Shown here one piece after another: positions 54,036 through 64,000 of a stretch of 64,000 nucleotides of DNA. The stretch covers positions 25,172,001 through 25,236,000 of the forward strand of contig OZ024740.1 in the NCBI GenBank assembly GCA_964016885.1, written 5' to 3'. Under the pieces are notes generated by a model that searched no databases, was not told the origin of the DNA, and saw nothing but the letters and a program-made list of their open reading frames with translations. Positions within the stretch are counted from its first letter, which is position 1. Each line of letters starts with the position of its first letter. The stretch is from Eledone cirrhosa. Taxonomy: Eukaryota. Position numbers and translations under genes: made by a program.

Positions 54036-54464
54036 GGACTAAACTAAAATTGGAACGAACAATGAAACAAATCCAAATACCTATGTCTCTCTAAAGAGTT
54101 ACCTCCCTAACACCCAACCTAATCCTTTTTCTTATATAAATTAAATACCATCGATCATTCCTCTCCCACCCTGAATTACCCCACCCCCTGCATATTAACT
54201 CTCTAAAAAGGGAAATCATATCAAGCTCCAGACTACTATTTACCTCCATCATGGATCAACTAAGCACTCGTGCTATATTAAAACATTTTGATCTGCTTAT
54301 CTTCAAGAATTATGCCTGTAAATAACATTTTTTTTTTCAAATTGCCTTATAATGTTCCACATTTTTCCATTTCACTTCATAAACCTTCTTTGTAAATAAC
54401 ATTATTCTTTCTGCACCATTTCCTTAACATGTTCAATACCACCAATGTACACCGATACATATTA

Positions 54465-54503
54465 TCATTTGATAATGCATAAAAATGCTGAAACCGGTAA
54501 TAG
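54465..54503 (+). ncRNA. Minimal hammerhead, U3-A8 variant, in the Penelope pLTR
   Basis: TCAT-TTGATAA-TGCATAAAAATGCT-GAAA-CCGGT-A^ATAG, identical to 11544-11582. Confidence 0.65.
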
Positions 54504-54688
54504 ACAATTATTAAATATATAAATAAATAAAGGCCATTTTTAATTAATAAATAAATTAACTAATACCTTAACACTTCACACAAAGTAAAATATTTCGTTT
54601 TAGTCATTTTCTAAACCAGAAAAATGAGAGAGAAAAATAAAAAGGAAAAACATATTTTTATTCCTAATAATCGTCTTTTTCTCCCTGT

Positions 54689-54728
<40 letters not shown>

Positions 54729-54859
54729 AATAAGAAAATGCGAAGTTGTTTGAGATGTTAAAGGAATATAAATTAAAATAAAGAAACAATGTTCCATATT
54801 TATGAAATATTACATTCATGTAACATTCTTTCCTTATTTTAATTTGTATTCCTTTTGAA

Positions 54860-54954
54860 GTTCCGATGAGCTGCTCTAATTTTACCTAAGTCAATAATGA
54901 TCTATCATCATTTGATCCAGAAATATTATATGGAGTAAGGAAACAACTGTAAAC
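54860..54954 (+). ncRNA. Candidate hammerhead, U4C variant with a long stem II
   Basis: GTT-CCGATGA-GCTGCTCTA...TGGAGTAAG-GAAA-CAACTGT-A^AAC; imperfect stem II. Confidence 0.4.
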
Positions 54955-55078
54955 GGACATTATTATTATTAATATTATTATTATTATTCTCTACATTCCT
55001 TACATCAAACTAAAATATGTTGACAAACCTTTAATAGTGTCTTCCTTGTGAAATTTGTGGTCTTGTTTTGCTTAACTA

Positions 55079-55175
<97 letters not shown>

Positions 55176-55614
55176 ATAACTAGATATTGATTAACATATA
55201 TATAAACATGAATAATCACAGGAGATAATTTTTGCAAGTGTGTAACCACACATAGCTAGGTATGTGTGTATCCACACATAGTATAGCTATATATATATAT
55301 ATATATACATATTTCGTTTTGTAATAGTTTTTCAATGTGAATTCGTGTGCTGAAACAGTTATCTTTTCAGTTACATGTTTGAACCCCCCCCCCTAATACA
55401 CACACATGTTCAATATACATACGTCTCTCTATCTTATCTTCGATTTGAGTATTTTAGTAAGAATGTCAAATAATGTGTGAGGGAAGATCTATAACTATTG
55501 AATAAATTCCCGTTTACTAAACTAAACAAAGAATAGATTAGTTACCTGATTTTTAATGAAACTGAAGTGTGTGCTGTTATTAGCATTATGACCTTCCAAA
55601 TATATACATATATA

Positions 55615-55686
<72 letters not shown>

Positions 55687-55760
55687 TATGTTTATCCCGT
55701 TTTCAATCGGGGGTAACCACAGTAAGTAAGGTACTCATTACAAAGCAGAGTATAAATATT

Positions 55761-55880
55761 CAATATAGAAAGGCATCTACAGGTCTAGAACTGTTTCATT
55801 CGGGAGAAATCATCAGGAAGCTTCCTGATGATTTCTCCCGAATGAAACAGTTCTAATCCTGTAGAAGCCTTTCTATATTT
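55761..55880. repeat. 120 bp fold-back hinged 4 nt upstream of a hammerhead core
   Basis: GTTTCATTCGGGAGAAATCATCAG-GAAGCTTC-CTGATGATTTCTCCCGAATGAAACAGTT. Confidence 0.88.
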
Positions 55881-55948
<68 letters not shown>

Positions 55949-56333
55949 GGGGGGGAGTGTGTGTGTGTGTATGTGTGTATGTGTGTGTGTGTGTGTTTGG
56001 ATGTATGTGTTAGTCTGTATAGATATACATTACACATATCTCATTGAAGAACAACTAATATATACAACTAGTATATGATTTCATTCTGAGTATAAATAGA
56101 CATAATTCCGATACATTGTCACTAAGTGTCTGAAAATGAAGGGACATCCAAATTCTTTGAGATCCACTAATCCATTATTAAATGGCATTTATCAAAGACC
56201 AGCTTCATCCTGACTAAACTCGTATTACAAACAAAACATTCTCTTCACATCTGTCAGATGGTAATAAGCACTTATCTCTCTTACAGATCTTGTCGTTGCT
56301 GTTGTTGTTGTTGTTGTTGTTGCTGTTGTTGTT

Positions 56334-56390
<57 letters not shown>

Positions 56391-56429
56391 CTTCTTCTTC
56401 TTCTTCTTCTTCTTCTTCTTCTTCTTCTT

Positions 56430-56600
56430 GTTGAGAGTGCCGTGGGTACAGGGCGCAAACCCACTAACACTGCCTTCCAGCGAGTCCTGTCAGAAGCAAC
56501 CCTCTCAAACTGATCCGGCTAGATCCCCAAGCGATACCAGCCAAGTAAATGGATATTACCCAACCCAACTTGCTCGGGGTACCCCAGGGTCTCCGGCTGG
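56430..56600 (-). mobile_element. RTE-like LINE 3' fragment with an (AAG)/(AAC) tail
   Basis: Reverse complement GTTGCTTCTGACAGGACTCGCTGGAAG (VASDRTRWK), matching 21971-21997. Confidence 0.55.
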
Positions 56601-56664
56601 TTTGTTTTTGCCCGTAAAAATATGTCCAATGATTCTTTCCTGAACAAATATTCACATCATTATA

Positions 56665-56794
56665 TTCACTTTTACGATCTGAGTTCAAATTCCGCCGAGC
56701 TTAACGTTGCCTTTCATCCTTAAGGGGTCGATGAAATAAAGTACTAATAATACATTGGGTAATTGCTGGCCTTGTGCCAAAAGTAGAAACAATT
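56665..56794 (+). mobile_element. 5'-truncated Meta-domain SINE
   Basis: CTGAGTTCAAATTCCGCCGAG..GCCTTTCATCCTTAAGGGGTCGATGAAATAAAGTAC..GGCCTTGTGCCAAAAGTAGAAACAATT. Confidence 0.85.
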
Positions 56795-56949
56795 ATATTC
56801 AATTCTTCTTTTCGTCCAAGTACACTCAACTTCCGCCATTTTGTTACCACCTTCTCTATTGCTCTAGTGTTTCTTTTTTTCTGTTTCTTTCTATTAGTTT
56901 TCACCCTTCATCTTCCTATTTGCTTCTCTCCCTTATTTCTAATAAGCCT

Positions 56950-56967
56950 CTCTCTCGCTCCCTCTCT

Positions 56968-57044
<77 letters not shown>

Positions 57045-57169
57045 TTCTGTCTATCTCTCTCTCTTTTTCACTCTCTCTCAGCCATGCTATCTCCCTTTTC
57101 TCTACGCTCTTTCCCCCTCTCTATCTATCTATCTATCTCCCCCCCTCTCTCTCTCTATCTATCTATCTG

Positions 57170-57230
<61 letters not shown>

Positions 57231-57290
57231 TCCCTCTCTCTCTCTCTATCTATCTATCTACCCCCCCCTCTCTCTCTCTCTATCTATCTG

Positions 57291-57343
<53 letters not shown>

Positions 57344-57370
57344 TCCCTCTCTCTCTCTCTATCTCTCTTT
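56950..57370. repeat. (CT)n/(TATC)n compound microsatellite
   Basis: Directly visible. Confidence 0.9.
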
Positions 57371-57686
57371 CAGTCGTGATGTCTCTTTCTTCTACCCTCT
57401 CCAAGGATTTCTTCTTTAGTTTCTGAAATCTTAATTACACAAATGTTTGTTATATCCAATAGATGTTTTCTTCTTTCAGTCCCCTCCTTCCCCTCCTTTT
57501 CCTCTTCATCAATATCACATCCTTCTTCTCTCCTTCATCAATTTTCTCTCACTCCGATTCACACTCCTCTTCCACATTCGCAATCATCTCCGTTTTATTA
57601 CAATTCTTCTTCTTCTTCTTCTTCTTCTTCTTCTTCTTCTTCTTCTTCTTCTTCTTCTTCTTCTTCTTCTTCTTCTTCTTCTTCTT

Positions 57687-57719
<33 letters not shown>

Positions 57720-58035
57720 CCTCCTCTCACCTCCCCCTTCTTCTACTATCCCCCACCCTCACTGTCCCAATCAACCTGGACAACGAACTGCTCATTTATT
57801 TTTAATCTCAACGCCGTCCAATACCACTACAACTTGAAATTTCATTTTTTAACCACCCCTATCTCTGCTAACGTTCTTCATGTGTCCACACACTCACACA
57901 CACACTCACACACACACACACACACACACACGCATGTACACGCACACATTTACACACACACACATATATATATATATATGTATATATATGTATATATATG
58001 TGTGGGTGTGCGTATACATATATATATATATACAT

Positions 58036-58111
<76 letters not shown>

Positions 58112-58630
58112 ATGAGACCCCATTATGTAAAATGTCAAGGATTTAAGCAGTCTACACACATTACGCGATACGATTGGCCAAAACAGATGACGCAGTAGAA
58201 TATTGAGTCATGTGATCAATAACATAATAGAGAAATCATGTTCATCCTCGCTTCGAATCTTGCCCATAATAATGACTTTCTCAATCATTCTCTAAACTAC
58301 AAGTATTTACTTCCGTTTGTTCGGCTGCCATCTTTACTACAAGTATTGACATCCGGTTTTTAAACGTCATCTTTCAGAAAATTATTTCACTTCATTGCAA
58401 TTCCGAACTGCCGAACAAATATCACCTCTTTGTAGTCAATGAACTCAACAGAAATAGCAACCAAATTTGTTCCCCATGAATATTAACACAAGTGAAGACA
58501 CCTTCGATAGAGTTATTTGTTAAGAAAACTCAACAACGTCAAAATTCAAACACTATTGACAGCATCAGCAGCAACAACATCGGCATCAACAGCAACAACA
58601 AAATATAGACAACAATAGAATAAAGGCACA

Positions 58631-58993
58631 TAAATCTTGCCGCTATATGGTCATTACTAATACTAGAAATAGTAACTAATTCTCCAATAACTACAACTAA
58701 CTGCAATGAAATGGAAATTGAATTATATATATATATTTTTTTGACTCTTTAAATATTTGTATATGTATGTATATATAGAGGAATAAGTATGACACCGACG
58801 GCAGAGTTCCAGCCGTTTCGACGTCTAATTCTGGACTAAATAAGAATTCTTATTTAGTCCAGAATTAGCCGTCGAAACGGCTTGAGCTCTGCCGTCGGTG
58901 TCATACTTGTTCCTATTACCCACTCTACTACCCTAAGTATTGAGTACTTTGGTGCGTTATTGTCCATCTGGTTCCTTACCACATTTCCTTCGT

Positions 58994-59025
<32 letters not shown>

Positions 59026-59162
59026 CATAAACAAACTTTTAAAGAGTAAAAAAAAATATATATATATAATTCAATTTTCATTTTCATTTCAGTTAGTTGT
59101 AGTTATTAGAGAATTAGTTACTATTTCTAGCATTAGTAATGACCATATAGTGGCAAGATTTA
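58631..59162. repeat. Outer fold-back (58631-58770 / 59025-59162) enclosing a family B fold-back (58779-58993)
   Basis: TAAATCTTGCCGCTATATGGTCATTACTAAT is mirrored by ATTAGTAATGACCATATAGTGGCAAGATTTA; inner palindrome centred on AAGAATTCTT. Confidence 0.88.
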
Positions 59163-59342
59163 GGTTGCTATAGCGTTAAAACTATCCATAATACAGAGTA
59201 CTCACAAACTCTAACTGGATTACCTATAACGATAACTTGTTATCCTATATATATATATATAAATGAAGTAATTCCGTCGGAAAAGTCCAGGAAAAAAGAG
59301 TGCTCTATGTAGATAATAGAGCTTAATAGTTATGTAATAAAC

Positions 59343-59390
59343 AACAGTGGTTTCTTAAAAGCAAAATATGTTGCTTTCAATCATCAGAAT
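59343..59390 (-). ncRNA. Candidate hammerhead core with a 10-bp stem II and poor stem I
   Basis: Reverse complement CTGATGA-TTGAAAGCAA-CATATT-TTGCTTTTAA-GAAA-CCACTGT-T. Confidence 0.45.
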
Positions 59391-59799
59391 GAAAAAATCC
59401 TGGTGTATTTATTGATATTGGATTCTAAAAACAAAAATGCAATCTATATGAAAGTGAGGCTGGAGAAGGAGAAGGAAAGGAAAAATAAAATAAAAACACA
59501 AATGCAAACACACACACACACAATTATATACATGCACACATATATATATATATACATACACACATACATACACACACACATACACATATATATGTGTATA
59601 TATATACATATACATATACACATACATACATACATACACACATAAATATCAACATATCCATACATACACATACATATATACAACCACACACATATATATA
59701 CATATATATATATAGAAATATAAATATATATATATATATATATATGCATACACATACACATACATAGCCATACATACATACATATACATACATACATAC

Positions 59800-59960
59800 A
59801 TGGTGGCTGCCAACTCGTTTTCGAGTATGGCCACTACTTTATATCCATGTAGGAGAACTCCTACCGATGCGCTGAACGAATGTGACTTTAGTCCAGCCAG
59901 CGACTTGAAAACTCTGGTACAAACACTACACTTGTGACAATTATTGACCCATAGTGCTAG
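59800..59960 (-). mobile_element. RTE-type LINE 3' end with a C2H2-like finger and (TATG)n tail
   Basis: HKCSVCTRVFKSLAGLKSH, then GGCCATACTCGAAAACGAGTTGGCAGCCACCA and (TGTA)n. Confidence 0.6.
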
Positions 59961-60831
59961 GCCCATGGTACCATGTGACGACAAGTGCAGAGAGATCTCC
60001 AGATATAAAGCAATGCCTGTGCCGTGAAGCTTTTATAGTGAGCAAAGGCACTGCACAAAGCCAGTCCCACTCTCTTAACCAAGATGATATTTACCAAAAA
60101 GAAGAACAAGTCAACATCATTGGATACCATCAGAGTTGCAGGTGTTATATCAGAGTTTTCCTTCTCCTAGAATTCTGCCTTGACAAAGGCTAAGGGGTCA
60201 TCTCTCCCGGTCATTTTGGATGGCCATTGACTCTTAAGAGCTCCATTGCCCTTTGACAGGTTTTGTTTTTAGTCCTGCAGGATGTCCAAAGGCACCCTCC
60301 TCACCAAGAAACCTTAGTGGGGTTGCCAGTTTAGTCGCCAACGACCCGACCATGGGACAGGTTGTACTGGAATACATGTTACCAGTAGCACCAAGTGGTG
60401 ACCTGACATACATACATACATACATACATACATACATACATACATACATACATACATACATACATACATACATACAATCATACGTATATACACACGTACA
60501 TACATATACATACATACACACATATATACATGCATACAAATGCATGCACAAAAATACAAAAATATACACACTCCTCTATATATTCACACACGCAATTAAA
60601 TATAAGAAAAACTATATATAATAATAAAAGACATAAAAAGAAAATAAAGACTATTATAAAGTTGACAGCGATACAGGCAACAAATAAATGAACAAACACA
60701 CGTGGTAAGCAATACACACAAATGCACGTACACATACATACGTAAAAAAAAAAAAAAATACATACACACACTCTCACACATAAATATACATATACAAATA
60801 CATAAACACATACATACGCATACACAAATAC

Positions 60832-60882
<51 letters not shown>

Positions 60883-60892
60883 TACATATATA

Positions 60893-61711
60893 TAAGCTTT
60901 CACCGTATTTTAGACTAAAGAAATTTCTAGCCTGATAGTGGGGTTTATAACCCTCGGAGGACTGGAAAAAGATGAGTGTTGCCGTACATGGGAGTCGAAC
61001 CCACATCTTTGGTTATCCAGACCACTGTGCTACCATTACACCAATACACATCCCATCTCCCAGCTTCTAATTCGAATGGAAGGTGAAAGCTTATAATTTC
61101 TAATTTCTAATTTCAAACTCGCGCACTGTTTCAAAAACATACTTATATGTTTACGTTTATAATTTGCTTGTTTCATAGCTTCTAATTCGAATGGAAGGAG
61201 AGGGGATGTGTATTGGTGTAATGGTAGCACAGTGGTCTGGATAACCAAAGATGTGGGTTCGACTCCCATGTACGGCAACACTCATCTTTTTCCATTTCTC
61301 CGAGGGTTATAAACCCAACTAACAGGCTAGAAATTTCTTTAGTCTAAAATACGGGGAAAGCTTATAATTTCTAATTTCTAATTTCAAACTCGCGCACTGT
61401 CTCAAAAACATACTTATATGTTTACGTTTATAATTTGCTTGTTTCATAGCTTCTAATTCGAATGGAAGGAGATGGGATGTGTATTGGTGTAATGGTAGCA
61501 CAGTGGTCTGGATAACCAAAGATGTGGGTTCGGCTCACATGTACGGCAACACTCATCTTTTTCCATTTCTCCGAGGGTTATAAACCCCACTATCAGGCTA
61601 GATATTTCTTTAGTCTAAAATACGGTGAAAGCATATAATTTCTAATTTCTAATTTCAAACTCGCGCACCTTTTCAAAAACATACTTACATGTTTACGTTT
61701 ATAATTTGCTT

Positions 61712-61716
<5 letters not shown>
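60893..61716 (+). mobile_element. (TA)n-flanked element: inverted partial copy plus ~2.4 tandem 271 bp units, each with a tRNA-like sequence
   Basis: GAAAGC(T/A)TATAATTTCTAATTTC recurs at ~61085, 61356 and 61627; 60893-61060 is the reverse complement of ~61470-61636. Confidence 0.88.
61207..61277 (+). ncRNA. tRNA-like Pol III unit (pseudo-tRNA); copies at 61478-61548 (+) and 60980-61050 (-)
   Basis: A box TGGTGTAATGG, D stem GTGT/GCAC, anticodon arm TGGT-CTGGATA-ACCA, T arm GTGGG-TTCGACT-CCCAT, partial acceptor stem, T5 run at 61287. Confidence 0.7.
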
Positions 61717-61749
<33 letters not shown>

Positions 61750-61758
<9 letters not shown>

Positions 61759-62008
61759 CACATACATACATAGCCATACAATTATACACATACAAATACG
61801 TACATATCACAAACACGCACAACCAAATACAAACACACACATATATATATATGTGTGTAAAACTCATTCTTAGATAATTCATATGAACCTTCTTTAACTC
61901 TAAAATATACATATATATAGACATACACATACATACACATACATACATACTAACATACACATATATACCTACACACACATGTATACATACTCATACGTAT
62001 GCATACGT

Positions 62009-62041
<33 letters not shown>

Positions 62042-62409
62042 CATATATAACTCAATATATATATATATATATATATATATGAGAAAGAACATAAATATTA
62101 TAAAATAAATATATATATATATATATATGCGTAATTGTATGTGTGTTTGTATTTCTGTGGTTGGGTTTTTTGTTGTGTGTGTGTGTAAGTTTATATATAT
62201 TTATGTGTGTGTGTGCATCATTACATATAGTGATTTGATGATTATTTTCATTGATCTTTTGCTCCAGGAACTTGTTGAGTGCTCTAGGTCTGCTATGGGC
62301 ATTTATACCCTTTTCTAAATATATATATTTTTTTAATTTATTACTTGTCGTATTCCCAATTTTTATTTTTTTATATATACAATATTTATTTTATAATATT
62401 TATGTTCTT

Positions 62410-62469
<60 letters not shown>

Positions 62470-62733
62470 AGTTATATATGTATATATATGTGTGTGTGTG
62501 TGTGTACGTATACATACGTATGTGTAGGTATATATGTGTATGTTAGTATGTATGTATGTGTATGTATGTGTATGTGTATATATATATATATATTTTAGAG
62601 TTAAATAAGGTTCATATGAATTATCTAAGAATGAGTTCTACACACATATATATATGTGTGTGTTTGTATTTGGTTGTGCGTGTTTGTGATATGTACATAT
62701 TTGTATGTGTATAATTGTATGGCTATGTATGTA

Positions 62734-62745
<12 letters not shown>
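61750..62745. repeat. Inverted duplication of microsatellite-rich DNA (~350 bp arms)
   Basis: AACTCATTCTTAGATAATTCATATGAACCTT (61861) is mirrored by AAGGTTCATATGAATTATCTAAGAATGAGTT (62607); similarity extends through the CA/TA tracts. Confidence 0.85.
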
Positions 62746-62774
<29 letters not shown>

Positions 62775-62780
<6 letters not shown>

Positions 62781-63952
62781 ACTAGAGATTGATTAACATA
62801 TAAATATACATGAATAATCACAGGAGATAATTTTTGCTTGCGTGTAACCGCGCATAGCTAGTTTAGGTAATATTTACCTTTAAGTGTGATTAACCTTCCT
62901 TGTATATATCCCATTAAAGAAATATATTTCACCAATTAATCAGATGGTAAGTCACGGAAAGTGGATATTATTGGATTGTCAACAAGGAAAGTAATAATTT
63001 CCAGCTATTCGTGCTTACAGAGCGAGATGAAATCCTCAACTATCCGTCACCACGTGTTGCGTCAAAACAAGATACCGATTTCGTTTCAGTGGCGTGAAAA
63101 GGTATTCGACAACTAGAAATAGCAGTCAAATTCTTTTCAACAGAAATAGCTCTACAATTAAGGAGCCCTATATATATATCTAAGTCCAAAATTAAGATAA
63201 ATGAATTAAATGAATTTAATCGAAATCGAAATCATGGGTGTCATGACATAATGCATGCGCCATATATCCTGGGAATTTAAGCTCAAAGATAAATAAATCT
63301 GAGCATATTATAATAACTAGAGATTGATTAACATATAAATATACATGAATAATCACAGGAGATAATTTTTGCTTGCGTGTAACCGCGCATAGCTAGTTTA
63401 GGTAATATTTACCTTTAAGTGTGATTAACCTTACTTGTATATATCCCATTAAAGAAATATATTTCACCAATTAATCAGATGTAAGTCACGGAAAGTGGAT
63501 ATTATTGGATTGTCAACAAGGAAAGTAATAATTTCCAGCTATTCGTGCTTACAGAGCGAGATCAAATCTTCAACTATCCGTCACCACGTGTTGCGTCCAT
63601 ACAAGATAGCGGTTTCGTTTCAGTGGCGTGAAAAGGTATTCAACAACTAGAAATAGCAGTCAAATTCCTTTCAACAGAAATAACTCTACAATTAAGGAGC
63701 CATATAAATATATCTATGTCCAAAATTAAGATAAATGAATTTAATCTAAATCGAAATCATGGGTGTCATGACATAATGCATGCACCATATATCCTGGGAA
63801 TTTAAGCTCAAAGATAAATAAATATGAGCATATTATAATAACTAGAGATTGATTAACATATAAATATACATGAATAATCACAGGAGATAATTTTGCTTGC
63901 GTGTAACCGCGCATAGCTAGTTTAGGTAATATTTATCTTTAAGTGTGATTAA
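62775..63952. repeat. ~530 bp tandem repeat, 2.2 copies; partial copy at 55173-55258
   Basis: ATAATAACTAGAGATTGATTAACATATAAATATACATGAATAATCACAGGAGATAAT at ~62775, 63310 and 63835. Confidence 0.92.
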
Positions 63953-64000
63953 ACACACGCACCAGTTGCTTTCACTTCAATTTATTATGAATTAAATTTA

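Larger units (their letters stand above)
52024..54694 (+). mobile_element. 5'-truncated Penelope-like element (Neptune-like) with a 3' pLTR
   Basis: RT plus GIY-YIG pseudogene, then a pLTR shared with 11280-11782; (TA)n on both sides. Confidence 0.9.

Noticed and set aside
61207-61277. Functional tRNA-Ser(GGA) gene
   Set aside because: Mismatched acceptor stem end, U at position 37, no long variable arm, and located in a repeat

Overview
AT-rich, microsatellite-saturated animal non-coding DNA, most likely from an octopus or other coleoid cephalopod (inferred from the abundant tRNA-derived Meta-domain SINE). No host protein-coding exon can be supported, and almost all short ORFs are microsatellite read-throughs. 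The coding content is decayed retrotransposons: a near full-length R4/Dong-type RLE LINE (-, ~11.86-15.83 kb), a full-length Tx1/L1-type LINE in (TATC)n with a second 3' fragment stacked behind it (23.36-30.06 kb), three Penelope-like elements (two Neptune-like, one Naiad-like), and CRE and RTE 3' remnants. The most striking feature is a dense set of sequence-unrelated, (TA)n-flanked, non-coding fold-back or tandem elements. Many carry minimal type I hammerhead ribozyme (HHR) cores, including C3U/G8A compensated variants. The fold-back hinges and 5' junctions repeatedly fall at or inside the ribozyme. One family forms ~470-530 nt HHR-to-HHR tandem monomers (retrozyme-like), and another element with the same geometry carries a tRNA-like Pol III unit. 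All coordinates were read by eye and may be off by a few bases.
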